A stretch of DNA of 64,000 nt from Opitutia bacterium (GCA_003569165.1 BGOI01000005.1:9560-73559); one strand, 5' to 3'. Shown: positions 9,106-17,499, counted from the stretch's first letter. The notes: a model not told the origin generated them from the sequence alone. Translations and numbers: made by a program.

Positions 9106-9108
9106 TCC

Positions 9109-10263
9109 ATGCTAAGAGCTATTCGTATCCGCCCCGGACGTCCCGTGCGCGCACTCCGGGGTCACCCCTGGGCCTTCCTCGGCGAAGTCGAGTTCGTCGG
9201 CGAGCCGCCGGTCGACGGCGATTGCGTCGAACTGACCGACCTCAAGGGCCGCTGCCTCGGCGCGGGCCTCTGGAACGGCAAGTCGCAGATCGCCTGGCGC
9301 CGCTACTCGCGCCGTCCGATCACCCTCGATGGCCCGCTCCTCGAAGAACTCGTCACGGCTTCCGTCAACCGCCGCGGAGGTAAGTCGGTCTGCCGTCTCA
9401 TCTGGTCCGAGGCCGACAACCTCCCGGGCCTCGTAGTCGACCGCTATAACGACCTGATCACGATCCAAGCCCTGACCTGCGGCATGGACCGCCGCTTGGC
9501 CACGATCATCGACGTGCTGCAGCGCCTGCTGCAACCGCGCGAGATCGTCCTCCGCAACGACGCCTCCACGCGCAAGCTCGAGGGCCTGCGTCAGGAAATC
9601 CGCACGGTCTCGGGCAAGCCGCTCGAGCCTTCTTGGATGGAAGTCGGCGGCGTGCAGGTGCTCATCGACCTCATGGGTGGCCAGAAGACTGGCACCTACC
9701 TCGACCAGCTCGACCAGCATCAGAACGTCGCGAAGCTCGCCAAGGGCCGCCGCGTGCTCGACGCCTTCTGCAATCAAGGCGGCTTCGGCCTCGCCTGCGC
9801 CAAGGCCGGCGCCACCAGCGTGCTTGGCCTCGACCAGTCTGAGGATGCCATCGCCGCCGCCCGCTTGGCCGCCGAACGCAACGGACTCAGCGCCTCATTC
9901 GAAGTCGCCAACGTCTTCGATTGGTTCACGGAACACCGCGAAGCTTCCTTCGATCTCATCGTGCTCGATCCGCCGCCCTTCGCCCGCAGCAAGGACGCCG
10001 TCGATGGCGCCCTCCGCGGTTACAAGGAGCTGAACCTCCGCGCCCTCCGCCTGCTCGCCCCGGGTGGTATCCTGGCGACTTACTCCTGTTCGCACCGCGT
10101 CTCGGAAGAGATGTACCTCGAAGTCATCGAGGACGCCGCGTCGGACGCCCGCCGCGAGGCCGTCGTCCTGGAACGCACCTCCCAGCCGGCGGACCACCCC
10201 GTGCTGCTGAACTTCCCCGAGAGCCGTTACCTGAAGGGCTTCATCATCGAGATTCGGGCTTAA
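9109..10263 (+). CDS. Class I SAM-dependent rRNA methyltransferase (RlmI/YwbD-like, PUA + MTase)
   Basis: 384 aa. PUA-like N-terminus. SAM motif I VLDAFCNQGGFG and motif IV DLIVLDPPPFA. Confidence 0.75.
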   Translation: MLRAIRIRPGRPVRALRGHPWAFLGEVEFVGEPPVDGDCVELTDLKGRCLGAGLWNGKSQIAWRRYSRRPITLDGPLLEELVTASVNRRGGKSVCRLIWSEADNLPGLVVDRYNDLITIQALTCGMDRRLATIIDVLQRLLQPREIVLRNDASTRKLEGLRQEIRTVSGKPLEPSWMEVGGVQVLIDLMGGQKTGTYLDQLDQHQNVAKLAKGRRVLDAFCNQGGFGLACAKAGATSVLGLDQSEDAIAAARLAAERNGLSASFEVANVFDWFTEHREASFDLIVLDPPPFARSKDAVDGALRGYKELNLRALRLLAPGGILATYSCSHRVSEEMYLEVIEDAASDARREAVVLERTSQPADHPVLLNFPESRYLKGFIIEIRA

Positions 10264-10293
10264 CTCCCGGACCGCTTCCGCTTTCATCTCGCC

Positions 10294-10899
10294 ATGATCG
10301 TCTCCCTCCGCGGCAAACTCATCGAAGCCGGCGTCCTGCGCGTCGTCATCGAGTCGTCGGGCGTGGGCTACGAGGTCAACGTCCCCGTCACGACCGCGGA
10401 GCGTCTCCCGAAACTCGGTGCGGAAGTCTTCCTGCTCATCCATCACGTCTTCCGCGAAGACGGCCAGGCGCTCTACGGCTTCGCCGTCGCGGAAGAGCGT
10501 GAGTTCTTCAAGTTGCTCGTCGAGAAGGTGTCGGGCGTCGGCCCCAAGATGGCGCTGAACATCCTCAGCCGCCTCGCGTTGCCTATTCTGCGCGACGCGA
10601 TTCTGCGCGGGGACGTCGCTTTACTTTCCCAGTGTCCTGGCATCGGCAAGAAGACCGCCGAACGCCTCGTCATGGAGCTTAAGGATAAGGTCGGCCTCGA
10701 AGGTGCCGGCGCCACGGTTGTCTCGACGTTAGCGGCGGCGAGCGCCGTCGCGCCTACGCCGGCTTCCGACGCCCTGGCCGCGCTCATCGCGCTCGGCTTC
10801 AAGCCCGTCGACGCCGATAAGGGTGTGCGCACCGCGCTCACGAAGCTCGGCGCTGGCGCGACCGCCGATCAGTTGGTGAAGGCGGCGCTCGGGCGCTGA
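10294..10899 (+). CDS. ruvA: Holliday junction branch migration protein RuvA
   Basis: 201 aa. MIVSLRGKLIE..GVGYEV OB domain, two HhH motifs (VSGVGPKMAL, CPGIGKKTAERL), C-terminal domain III. Confidence 0.9.
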   Translation: MIVSLRGKLIEAGVLRVVIESSGVGYEVNVPVTTAERLPKLGAEVFLLIHHVFREDGQALYGFAVAEEREFFKLLVEKVSGVGPKMALNILSRLALPILRDAILRGDVALLSQCPGIGKKTAERLVMELKDKVGLEGAGATVVSTLAAASAVAPTPASDALAALIALGFKPVDADKGVRTALTKLGAGATADQLVKAALGR

Positions 10900-10900
10900 A

Positions 10901-11175
10901 GCGCCCTCGCGAGGGGACACGTGGGCACGTTGACACGTGGACAAGGGGGACAAAAAGTTGACCCGTTGATCAGTTGGCCGGTTGGCCAGAGGGAATGAAG
11001 GTAGGGGCGCCACTGCGTGGCGTCCGTTCGCGGTGGCATGTGGGTAATGAGTCCGGTCTTGGCTAAGACCCGATGACTTCTGGCTTCGGTCTCAAACGGA
11101 CGCGACGCAGTCGCGCCCCTACCCAAGGCAGCTGTCAACCGCCACCCGCCACCCGGGGCTGCCACCCGCCACCCG
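10901..11175. repeat. Composite repeat block: C, inverted D, A2 REPIN-like doublet, inverted E
   Basis: GCGCCCTCGCGAGGGGACACGTGGGCACGTTGACACGTGGACAAGGGGGA (10901-10950). Inverted CAACTGGCC-type module (10956-10989). GTAGGGG doublet (11001-11122). CCGCCACCCGCCACCCGGGGCTGCCACCCGCCACCC (11139-11175). Confidence 0.85.
11001..11122. repeat. REPIN/MITE-like doublet: two inverted GTAGGGGCGC(C/G)ACTGCGT(G/C)GCGTCCGTT arms around a 66-nt spacer
   Basis: Left arm is GTAGGGGCGCCACTGCGTGGCGTCCGTT. Right arm is AACGGACGCGACGCAGTCGCGCCCCTAC. A second doublet with the same arms but an unrelated spacer lies at 33490-33602. Confidence 0.85.
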
Positions 11176-11279
11176 AGAATGGGTGCGTGAGGACGGCACG
11201 TGGTACTATTCCTACCTCTATGCAAGCAAACCACTTGCCCGCGTGTCACGGCACCGGCACCTCCTTCGCCGTCACCGGA

Positions 11280-11633
11280 CTATGGGCCCTCGCCGAGGTA
11301 CCACAAGTACAACAACAGGAGTCCGCAGAACGATACGAACAGCTGGAGCAGGAGACTTCCGATGATGCAGAGCCAAAACGGGACTGGTTTTGGGCGGAAG
11401 TTAGCGACGGAGAAGCGGACGTTGAGTGCCATCAAGACGCACTGGGCGATGATCAGGCAAACGGCAGACAACCCGGGGCGCTCTCTTGTCGGCATGAGTG
11501 ACCAGAAAATGAATGGTGCCGCCACATTGAGCGTGCCCCACTCGGCCAGCAGCCGATACCAGCGGGAAGGTTTGCCTGTCTCAGGCGTCGTGGATGCGGA
11601 GGCAGGTTGGACGCCCGGAGGTTGGCTGGACAT
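11280..11633 (-). CDS. Hypothetical small membrane protein (117 aa)
   Basis: Three hydrophobic helices (LNVAAPFIFWSLM, GLSAVCLIIAQCVLMAL, FWLCIIGSLLLQLFVSFCGLLLLYLWYL). C-ending codon preference like neighbouring genes. No family recognised. Sits alone inside 1.1 kb of repeats. Confidence 0.45.
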   Translation of the reverse strand: MSSQPPGVQPASASTTPETGKPSRWYRLLAEWGTLNVAAPFIFWSLMPTRERPGLSAVCLIIAQCVLMALNVRFSVANFRPKPVPFWLCIIGSLLLQLFVSFCGLLLLYLWYLGEGP

Positions 11634-11690
11634 GAATCAAGCGTGGCCCCATGTTTCGGCCTGGCAATCAACGGTTAAGAGACCGTGTTT

Positions 11691-12027
11691 GGCGCCCTCG
11701 CGAGGGGTAAGTGGGCAAGGTGACACGTGGACAAGGGGGATTAACTCAAAGGGAGACTGGGAGCCGGATGTGATTCTGCGGGCATTGGTTAGGGCGGGCT
11801 CTCCGAGCCCGCCGTTGAGCCGGATGAGGTGCGAAACTCTCGTGACGAACGGACGGCTCGGAGAGCCGTCCCTACCTGCGAAGGCTTCGCCTTCGAGGGG
11901 ACATGCTGGCAAGGTGACACGTGGGCGCGGGGAATTGTATCTCCCTCGCCAACTGGCCAACCAATCAACTGGTCAACTTAGTTGCCCTCTGGCCCACGTG
12001 TCACCGTGCCAACTTGCCCCCTTACCC
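11691..12027. repeat. Composite repeat block: C, half B, GTTAGGG/CCCTAC doublet, C, D, inverted C
   Basis: C at 11691-11740. GGGAGACTGGGAGCCGGA at 11745-11769. Doublet GTTAGGGCGGGCTCTCCGAGCCCGCC ... GGACGGCTCGGAGAGCCGTCCCTAC at 11788-11875. C at 11878-11933. CAACTGGCCAACCAATCAACTGGTCAAC at 11949-11978. Inverted C at 11985-12027, abutting the dapB stop. Confidence 0.85.
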
Positions 12028-12771
12028 TTACTTCAGTCCCAACACATCTTCCATGCCGTACAGGCCGGCGGGCTGGCTCTTCAGCCAGCGGGCGGCGCGG
12101 ACGGCGCCACGCGCGAAGATCTCGCGATTGGAAGCCTTGTGGGTGAGTTCGAGGCGTTCGCCTTCGGCGGCGAAAAGGACCGTGTGGTCGCCCACGACGT
12201 CGCCGCCGCGGATGGCGTGCACGCCGATCTCATCGAGCGGGCGTTCGCCGACGAGTCCGTCGCGGCCGTGCTTGAGGGCTTCCTTGGCGAGCTTGCGCTC
12301 TTCGAGGAGAATCTTGAGGAGCGTCTCGGCGGTGCCGGAAGGCGCGTCCTTCTTGAGGTTGTGGTGCATCTCGAGCACTTCGACGTCCCAGCGGCCGGCG
12401 TCGGCGAGCGAGCGGGCGGCCTGGCGGACAAGCGCGTTGAGGAGCGTGACACCGACGGAGTAGTTGCCGGCCCAGACGACCGGAAGGCCCTGGATGGCAG
12501 CGGTGATCGCGGCCTTCTCTTCGGCCGTGTGGCCGGTGGTGCCAATCACGAGCGGCTTCTGGTGCTGGGCGCAGAGCTGCGCGACCGCGAGGGTCGCGGA
12601 GTGGTACGAGAAATCGATGACCACGTCGGCGGCACCGATGTGCGCGGAGAGGTTATCGCCCTGGTCGACGCCGGCGGCGATGACGGCCTTCTCGGAGGCG
12701 GCGACGTTAACAATGGCGAGGCCCATGCGGCCCTTGGCACCATTGAGGAGAATGCGGATGGGTTGGCTCAT
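12028..12771 (-). CDS. dapB: 4-hydroxy-tetrahydrodipicolinate reductase
   Basis: MSQPIRILLNGAKGRMG nucleotide-binding N-terminus. EMHHNLKKDAPSGTA signature. ATG 12771 preferred over the longer ORF-track start. Overlaps the dapA stop by 4 nt. Confidence 0.9.
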   Translation of the reverse strand: MSQPIRILLNGAKGRMGLAIVNVAASEKAVIAAGVDQGDNLSAHIGAADVVIDFSYHSATLAVAQLCAQHQKPLVIGTTGHTAEEKAAITAAIQGLPVVWAGNYSVGVTLLNALVRQAARSLADAGRWDVEVLEMHHNLKKDAPSGTAETLLKILLEERKLAKEALKHGRDGLVGERPLDEIGVHAIRGGDVVGDHTVLFAAEGERLELTHKASNREIFARGAVRAARWLKSQPAGLYGMEDVLGLK

Positions 12772-13700
12772 CGGAGGGAGGCGAGGGTGGCGTCGGCGAC
12801 CTTCTCGACGAGAAGGCGGTTGGCTTCGGACATCTCGCAAAGGGGCAGGCGGACTTCATCGGAGCGGATGATCCCGGCGCGCATCATACAATGCTTCACG
12901 GGTACCGGGTTCGGTTCGACGAAGAGCGTCTTGAAGATGTCGGCGAGCTTATCGTGCAGGACCTTGGCTTCGGCGAACTGCTGCGTGCGCGCGAGCTGGG
13001 CGAGCTTGGCGACCGGGCCGGGGATGAAGTTCGACGCGACGGAGATGATGCCTTGGCCGCCGACTTGGGCGAAGGGCAGGGTCAGGGAGTCGTCGCCGCT
13101 GAGGACGATGAATTCCGGATCGGACTCGCGCACGAGGCGCGCGGCCTTGTCGACTTGACCGCCGGCTTCTTTGATGCCGATGATGTTCGGATACTTCTGG
13201 CGGAGGCGCAGGGTGGTCTCGACGGTAATCTCGATGCCACAGCGGCCCGGGATGGAATACAGGATAATCGGCTTCGCGGTGGATTCGGCGAGCAAGGCGA
13301 AGTGACGGAAGAGACCTTCCTGGCTGGGCTTGTTGTAATACGGGGCCACGAGCAGGAAGGCGTCGGCACCGGCTTCGTCGGCACGCTTCGTGAGGTCGAG
13401 GGCTTCGGTCGTGGCGTTGGAGCCCGTGCCGGCCATGACCGGGACGCGGCCAGCGGAGAACTCGACCGTCTTGCGGATGACTTCGATGTGCTCGTCGTAG
13501 TCGAGGGTGGGGGACTCGCCAGTGGTGCCGACGGCGACCAGGCCGTCGATGCCAGCTGCAATCTGGAATTCGACCAGCTTCTTCAGGTCATCCCAGGCCA
13601 CCGCTCCATTGAGGAAGGGGGTGACCAAAGCCGTATGGGCTCCCACGAAAGCGCGGGGGCCGAAAGGGCGGCGAGAGGAGTTGGAACCGGTCGAAGACAT
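12768..13700 (-). CDS. dapA: 4-hydroxy-tetrahydrodipicolinate synthase
   Basis: From ATG 13700: ..AHTALVTPF.., GTTGESPTL, GIKEA (Schiff-base Lys region). The N-terminal 65 aa of the ORF-track model is an Arg/Pro-rich read-through and is rejected. Confidence 0.9.
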   Translation of the reverse strand: MSSTGSNSSRRPFGPRAFVGAHTALVTPFLNGAVAWDDLKKLVEFQIAAGIDGLVAVGTTGESPTLDYDEHIEVIRKTVEFSAGRVPVMAGTGSNATTEALDLTKRADEAGADAFLLVAPYYNKPSQEGLFRHFALLAESTAKPIILYSIPGRCGIEITVETTLRLRQKYPNIIGIKEAGGQVDKAARLVRESDPEFIVLSGDDSLTLPFAQVGGQGIISVASNFIPGPVAKLAQLARTQQFAEAKVLHDKLADIFKTLFVEPNPVPVKHCMMRAGIIRSDEVRLPLCEMSEANRLLVEKVADATLASLR

Positions 13701-13783
13701 TGGGCTGGATGTGACCCCCGAACCAACCGCCCCCTGCTGAAAGAGACAAACCCAAAAACCCCGCCCAGTAAGCCGAACCCCGC

Positions 13784-14836
13784 TTAAGGGGCCGGACCGA
13801 TGAGGATTCGGTTGTTTTCGGTATCCGTCACGTAAAGGCGACCGTCGGGTCCGATGCGGGCGCCGTGCGGGCGATTGAGTTGCGTGCCGGCCCAATCCGC
13901 GCCGACCGCGGGGCCTTTCTTACCGTTGCCGATGATGGTGCGGATGGTCTGCTTAACGGGATCGTAGAGGCGGAGGCAATGGTTCTCCGTGTCGAGGATC
14001 AGCACGTTACCCTTGGCATCCGTCGTCACGTATTTCGGGCCGCGCATCGTGGCGTCGGCCGCCGAGCCATCGGTCGCCGGACCCGCCTTGCCGGCCTTGT
14101 TCACGACCACGGTGACCTTGCCATCCTTGATCGCGGTGAGCGCGTTGCCGCCACGCAGGAGCGCGTAGACCGTGCCGTCTTGCGCCACGCAGGTCGCGCG
14201 CACGTCGCCCATCGGGGCTTCCAGTGCCGGCGTGCCGTCCTTCGGGAGGCCGCGCTTGCCGTTGCCGGCGAGCGTTGTGACGATTCGCGTTTTGAGGTCG
14301 ATCCGGCGGACGCGGTGGTTGCCGATATCGGCGATGGTCATGAACGCACCGTCAGGGCTGAGTGTGCCGCACATGGTGATATTGAATTGCGCGAGTTCGG
14401 CCGGGCCGCCGTCGCCGGCGAAGCCAGCCTTACCCGTGCCAGCGAAGAGCGTCGCGACGTGGGTCTTCGGGTCGAGTCGGACGATGCGGTGCTGGAAACT
14501 GTCGGCGAGGTAGATGGCGCCGTCGGGCGCGATGGCGATGTCGTGCATGCCGTCGTAGACGGCCGGCGCAAGGTCGAGGCGCTTGGCGGGTGCGGGGAGA
14601 TTCGGGGCCTTGCCCATGCTGTTCCACTTCACGCCGGAGACGTACTCGATCTTGCCGCCGTGCAGCTTGAAGACCCGGTTCGCGGGCTGGAACTCCACGC
14701 CGTACGCGTCGCCTTTGGCGTCGAAGGCGATGCTGAAGGGCTCGTGTAAATCCTCGGCGCCCGGGAGCTTGACGACTTCGATGGCGGCGAACGCCGAAGC
14801 GGCGCAGGCGAGCAGGGGGAGCAGACGGGAGAGCAT
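13784..14836 (-). CDS. Secreted NHL-repeat / six-bladed beta-propeller protein
   Basis: 350 aa. Signal peptide MLSRLLPLLACAASAFA. Repeated blades with G.IY.AD / G..YVTD motifs (DGAIYLADSFQHRIVRLD, GRLYVTDTENNRIL). Confidence 0.7.
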   Translation of the reverse strand: MLSRLLPLLACAASAFAAIEVVKLPGAEDLHEPFSIAFDAKGDAYGVEFQPANRVFKLHGGKIEYVSGVKWNSMGKAPNLPAPAKRLDLAPAVYDGMHDIAIAPDGAIYLADSFQHRIVRLDPKTHVATLFAGTGKAGFAGDGGPAELAQFNITMCGTLSPDGAFMTIADIGNHRVRRIDLKTRIVTTLAGNGKRGLPKDGTPALEAPMGDVRATCVAQDGTVYALLRGGNALTAIKDGKVTVVVNKAGKAGPATDGSAADATMRGPKYVTTDAKGNVLILDTENHCLRLYDPVKQTIRTIIGNGKKGPAVGADWAGTQLNRPHGARIGPDGRLYVTDTENNRILIGPAP

Positions 14837-14850
14837 GCGATGTTCATAGG

Positions 14851-15702
14851 GTGCCGGCGGTGTTGTTCAAGACCTCTGCGGGAAAATGGTTCGACCTCGG
14901 GCCCGGCGCCTCCACCTTGGCGTCTCTCGTGCCTGCACCGCTTCCATTGATCATTCGCGAACTCGGCGGCTCCGGCGCGCCGCTCGTGGTGCTGCATGGC
15001 CTGCTCGGTTCGTCGCGCAACTGGCAGTCCGCTGGCGTGGCGCTCGCCGAACGCGGCCACCGTGTGCTGGCGCCCGATTTGCGAAACCATGGGTCATCGC
15101 CCTGGGCGGACGACTGTTCCTATGCGGCGTTAGCTGGCGACGTCATCGCGATGTTGGACGGACTTGCACTCGGTCCTGTGCACCTCGTCGGCCATAGCAT
15201 GGGCGGCAAGGCCGCGATGCGTCTCGTGATGGACCGACCCGACCTCGTGTCGCGCCTCACGGTCGTGGACATTGCTCCGCGTGCCTATTCCGACCGTGTC
15301 CGCGTCGAGTTTGCCGCGATGAACGCGCTTGATCTTTCCGCCGTGAAGTCGCGCAAGGATGCGGAGGAGAAGCTCGCCGCGCAGGTGCCTGAGTGGGGCA
15401 TGCGTCAGTTTATTCTGACGAACCTTGGTCAAGATGCCGAAGGTCGCTGGCGCTGGACCGTGAATCGCGAGGCGCTGACGAACTCCTTACCCGAGATCCT
15501 CGGCAATCCGCTTGCCGCTGGAGAAGTCTGGAACGGTCCGACGCGTTTCCTGCGCGGCGGGAAATCGAATTACATCCGCGATGAAGACCTCGCGGCGATC
15601 CGTGCGCACTTTCCGCAAGCGGACGTCGTCACGTTGCCCGACAGCGGGCATAACCCGCACTTCGAGGCGCGGGCCGGTTTCGTTGAGGCGACGCTGGCTT
15701 AG
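14851..15702 (+). CDS. Alpha/beta hydrolase (YbfF-like esterase)
   Basis: HGLLGSSRNW oxyanion region, GHSMGG nucleophile elbow, C-terminal SGHNPH. Start uncertain: GTG 14851, GTG 14929 and TTG 14947 are all in frame. Confidence 0.75.
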   Translation: MPAVLFKTSAGKWFDLGPGASTLASLVPAPLPLIIRELGGSGAPLVVLHGLLGSSRNWQSAGVALAERGHRVLAPDLRNHGSSPWADDCSYAALAGDVIAMLDGLALGPVHLVGHSMGGKAAMRLVMDRPDLVSRLTVVDIAPRAYSDRVRVEFAAMNALDLSAVKSRKDAEEKLAAQVPEWGMRQFILTNLGQDAEGRWRWTVNREALTNSLPEILGNPLAAGEVWNGPTRFLRGGKSNYIRDEDLAAIRAHFPQADVVTLPDSGHNPHFEARAGFVEATLA

Positions 15703-16337
15703 GCCGCTGACTTCGCCCGGAGTCGACGCAGTCCGAGGAAGCCGAACGCCAAGGCCGCTGCGACGATGAGCATCGTGACGCCGCAGAGAATCAGCATGCG
15801 CAGTCCGAGGTGATCTTTCGCTTCATGCGCTTGGATGAGCGGCGATTCATCGCCCGCGACCATCATTACCCAGCGGGCCTTGGCGCCGGGCTTCGTTTCG
15901 TCGACCAGCCAGAGGAGCACCGTGTGCGGGCTTTCGTCTGGCAGGCGGAGGACGAAATTGCGGGGGTCGGGCGTCCAGCGCCATTCGGCGCTCTCGAGCC
16001 GGTAGTCCTTCGCCAGCTCTTCAGGCGTGTGCTGGAAGGGTGAGTCAGTCTCGAGCTTCGTGGCTGACGAGAAGTCCGGCGTACCCGCCGCCTGCGTGAG
16101 CGGGAAGAGGTCCTTGCCGGTTGAGATCGTGAAGAGCCCTTCGGCGACTTTCGCCAATTCGGCGCGCTCGCGGATGTTGAAGTTCGCCTCCAGGTCCGCC
16201 GTCACCTTGAGCGAGCACGCCCCATCGGCATGCATCGTCAGGCGCGCCAGGAGGACTTCGCCGTTATGGGCGCAGACGAACAAGGGGAGCACGAGGGCTC
16301 CCCAGGTCAGGACCAGCTGGCGCAACGCGCGGATCAC
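15699..16337 (-). CDS. Hypothetical membrane-anchored protein
   Basis: GTG 16337 overlaps the stop of the upstream propeller gene (GTGA). N-terminal signal/TM (LVLTWGALVLPLFVCA) and a C-terminal TM plus RRLR anchor. No family recognised. Confidence 0.55.
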   Translation of the reverse strand: MIRALRQLVLTWGALVLPLFVCAHNGEVLLARLTMHADGACSLKVTADLEANFNIRERAELAKVAEGLFTISTGKDLFPLTQAAGTPDFSSATKLETDSPFQHTPEELAKDYRLESAEWRWTPDPRNFVLRLPDESPHTVLLWLVDETKPGAKARWVMMVAGDESPLIQAHEAKDHLGLRMLILCGVTMLIVAAALAFGFLGLRRLRAKSAA

Positions 16338-17347
16338 TTGCGATTCCAGCGCAGCACGCGACCGAAGGTATTCCACTCGGTCTCGAGGATGTTGCCGTCG
16401 TTATCGAAAGTGATGCCGTGGGGCGAGGTGACGACGCCTTCGCGCCACTCGGCCGGGGGAACCCTAGGGGTATTCGTTTCCTTCCTGATACCCTTGTCCT
16501 TGTCATCGGCGATGCGGTCATTGGAGCCGAGCTCGGCGAGCATCTTGCCTTCCTTGTTCCAGACCGAGACGCGTCCTGCGATCTCGGCGACGCACATCAG
16601 TTCGCCATGGAAGGAGGCGGAGGAGGGATTACGCAGGCCAGTGTTGGCGATCATCGTCGGGTTGGCGCCGTCGAGGTCGACGTGGAACATACGGTTGTTG
16701 CCGCGGTCGAGGCAGAGCAGACGGGCTGGGGAGAAGCGGGTGTCGACGAAGACCTTGTGGGTGTTGGCGAAGCCTTTGCCGTCCACGATCTGCGTGGGGC
16801 CGCCGAAGACCGACTTGAACTTGCCGTCCTTGTCGAAGACGAAGACCCAGCTCTTGCCGTAGCCGTCGACGATGTAGATGTCGCCATTCGGAGCCACGTC
16901 GCAGCTCGTGAGCTTAAGGGCGTTGACGGATTTGCCCGCCTTGTCCTTGGCCTTACCCTTGTCGGCCGGGAAGGCGTCCGACTTGATTTCCATGACGACG
17001 GTGCCGTCGAGCTTAGCCTTGATGAAGCGCTGCTCGCCGAGCACTGCGCCGTAGAGGAACTCGCCTTCAGCGGACTTGCGGACCACGAAGCCGTGGAGCG
17101 ACATCGGCAGGGCGAGGGTCTTCACGTACTTGCCGTCCTTGCCGTAGACTTGGATGCCGGCGTCCTTTTCCTGGACGCTGACGTAGATAAGGCCGGCGGA
17201 GTCGACGGCGATCTCGCCGTGGCCGTTGCCGATCTGGGCCTTGCCGGGAGGCGTGCCGAGGAAGTTCGGCAGCAGTTCATATTTCACTTCGGCAGCTTGG
17301 GCGAGGGAGCACACGGTGAGGAGGGCGAGGAGGCGGAGGGTGGGCAT
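16334..17347 (-). CDS. Secreted NHL / peptidyl-alpha-hydroxyglycine-lyase-like beta-propeller protein
   Basis: 337 aa. Signal peptide MPTLRLLALLTVCSLAQA. Blades such as AGLIYVSVQ, NGDIYIVDGYG and NNRMFHVDLDG. Confidence 0.65.
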   Translation of the reverse strand: MPTLRLLALLTVCSLAQAAEVKYELLPNFLGTPPGKAQIGNGHGEIAVDSAGLIYVSVQEKDAGIQVYGKDGKYVKTLALPMSLHGFVVRKSAEGEFLYGAVLGEQRFIKAKLDGTVVMEIKSDAFPADKGKAKDKAGKSVNALKLTSCDVAPNGDIYIVDGYGKSWVFVFDKDGKFKSVFGGPTQIVDGKGFANTHKVFVDTRFSPARLLCLDRGNNRMFHVDLDGANPTMIANTGLRNPSSASFHGELMCVAEIAGRVSVWNKEGKMLAELGSNDRIADDKDKGIRKETNTPRVPPAEWREGVVTSPHGITFDNDGNILETEWNTFGRVLRWNRK

Positions 17348-17491
17348 GGGGGTGGTTAAGGGGTGGGGGTAGGGAGAGGGGTAGGGGTAGGGACAACAGG
17401 AGGCAAATGGATTTCGGAAAATGGCTTTCTGATTCTACCTACGCTCTTGGGTTGAATCTCCTATCCCCACCCCTATCCCTACCCCAACCCC
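17348..17491. repeat. Inverted pair of (GGGGTA)n-type G modules in a divergent promoter region
   Basis: GGGGGTGGTTAAGGGGTGGGGGTAGGGAGAGGGGTAGGGGTAGGG (17348-17392) and CTCCTATCCCCACCCCTATCCCTACCCCAACCCC (17458-17491). The C-rich strand faces each flanking start codon. Confidence 0.85.
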
Positions 17492-17499
17492 TAAAGCAT

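Noticed and set aside
12772-12840. Long N-terminal extensions in ORF-track models of dapB, dapA (to 13895), gltX (to 36805), pyrB (to 49606), the SGNH gene (to 43472), the MFS gene (to 42349) and CE15 (from 39232)
   Set aside because: The extensions are Arg/Pro/Ser-rich translations of repeat modules or of upstream genes. Internal ATGs give canonical N-termini (signal peptides, HIGH motif, nucleotide-binding fold) and often form 4-nt overlaps with the preceding gene.
11200-13158. 652-aa plus-strand ORF spanning the repeat block, dapB and part of dapA
   Set aside because: Its first third is translated repeat modules and the rest is antisense to dapB and dapA. It has no coherent domain structure.
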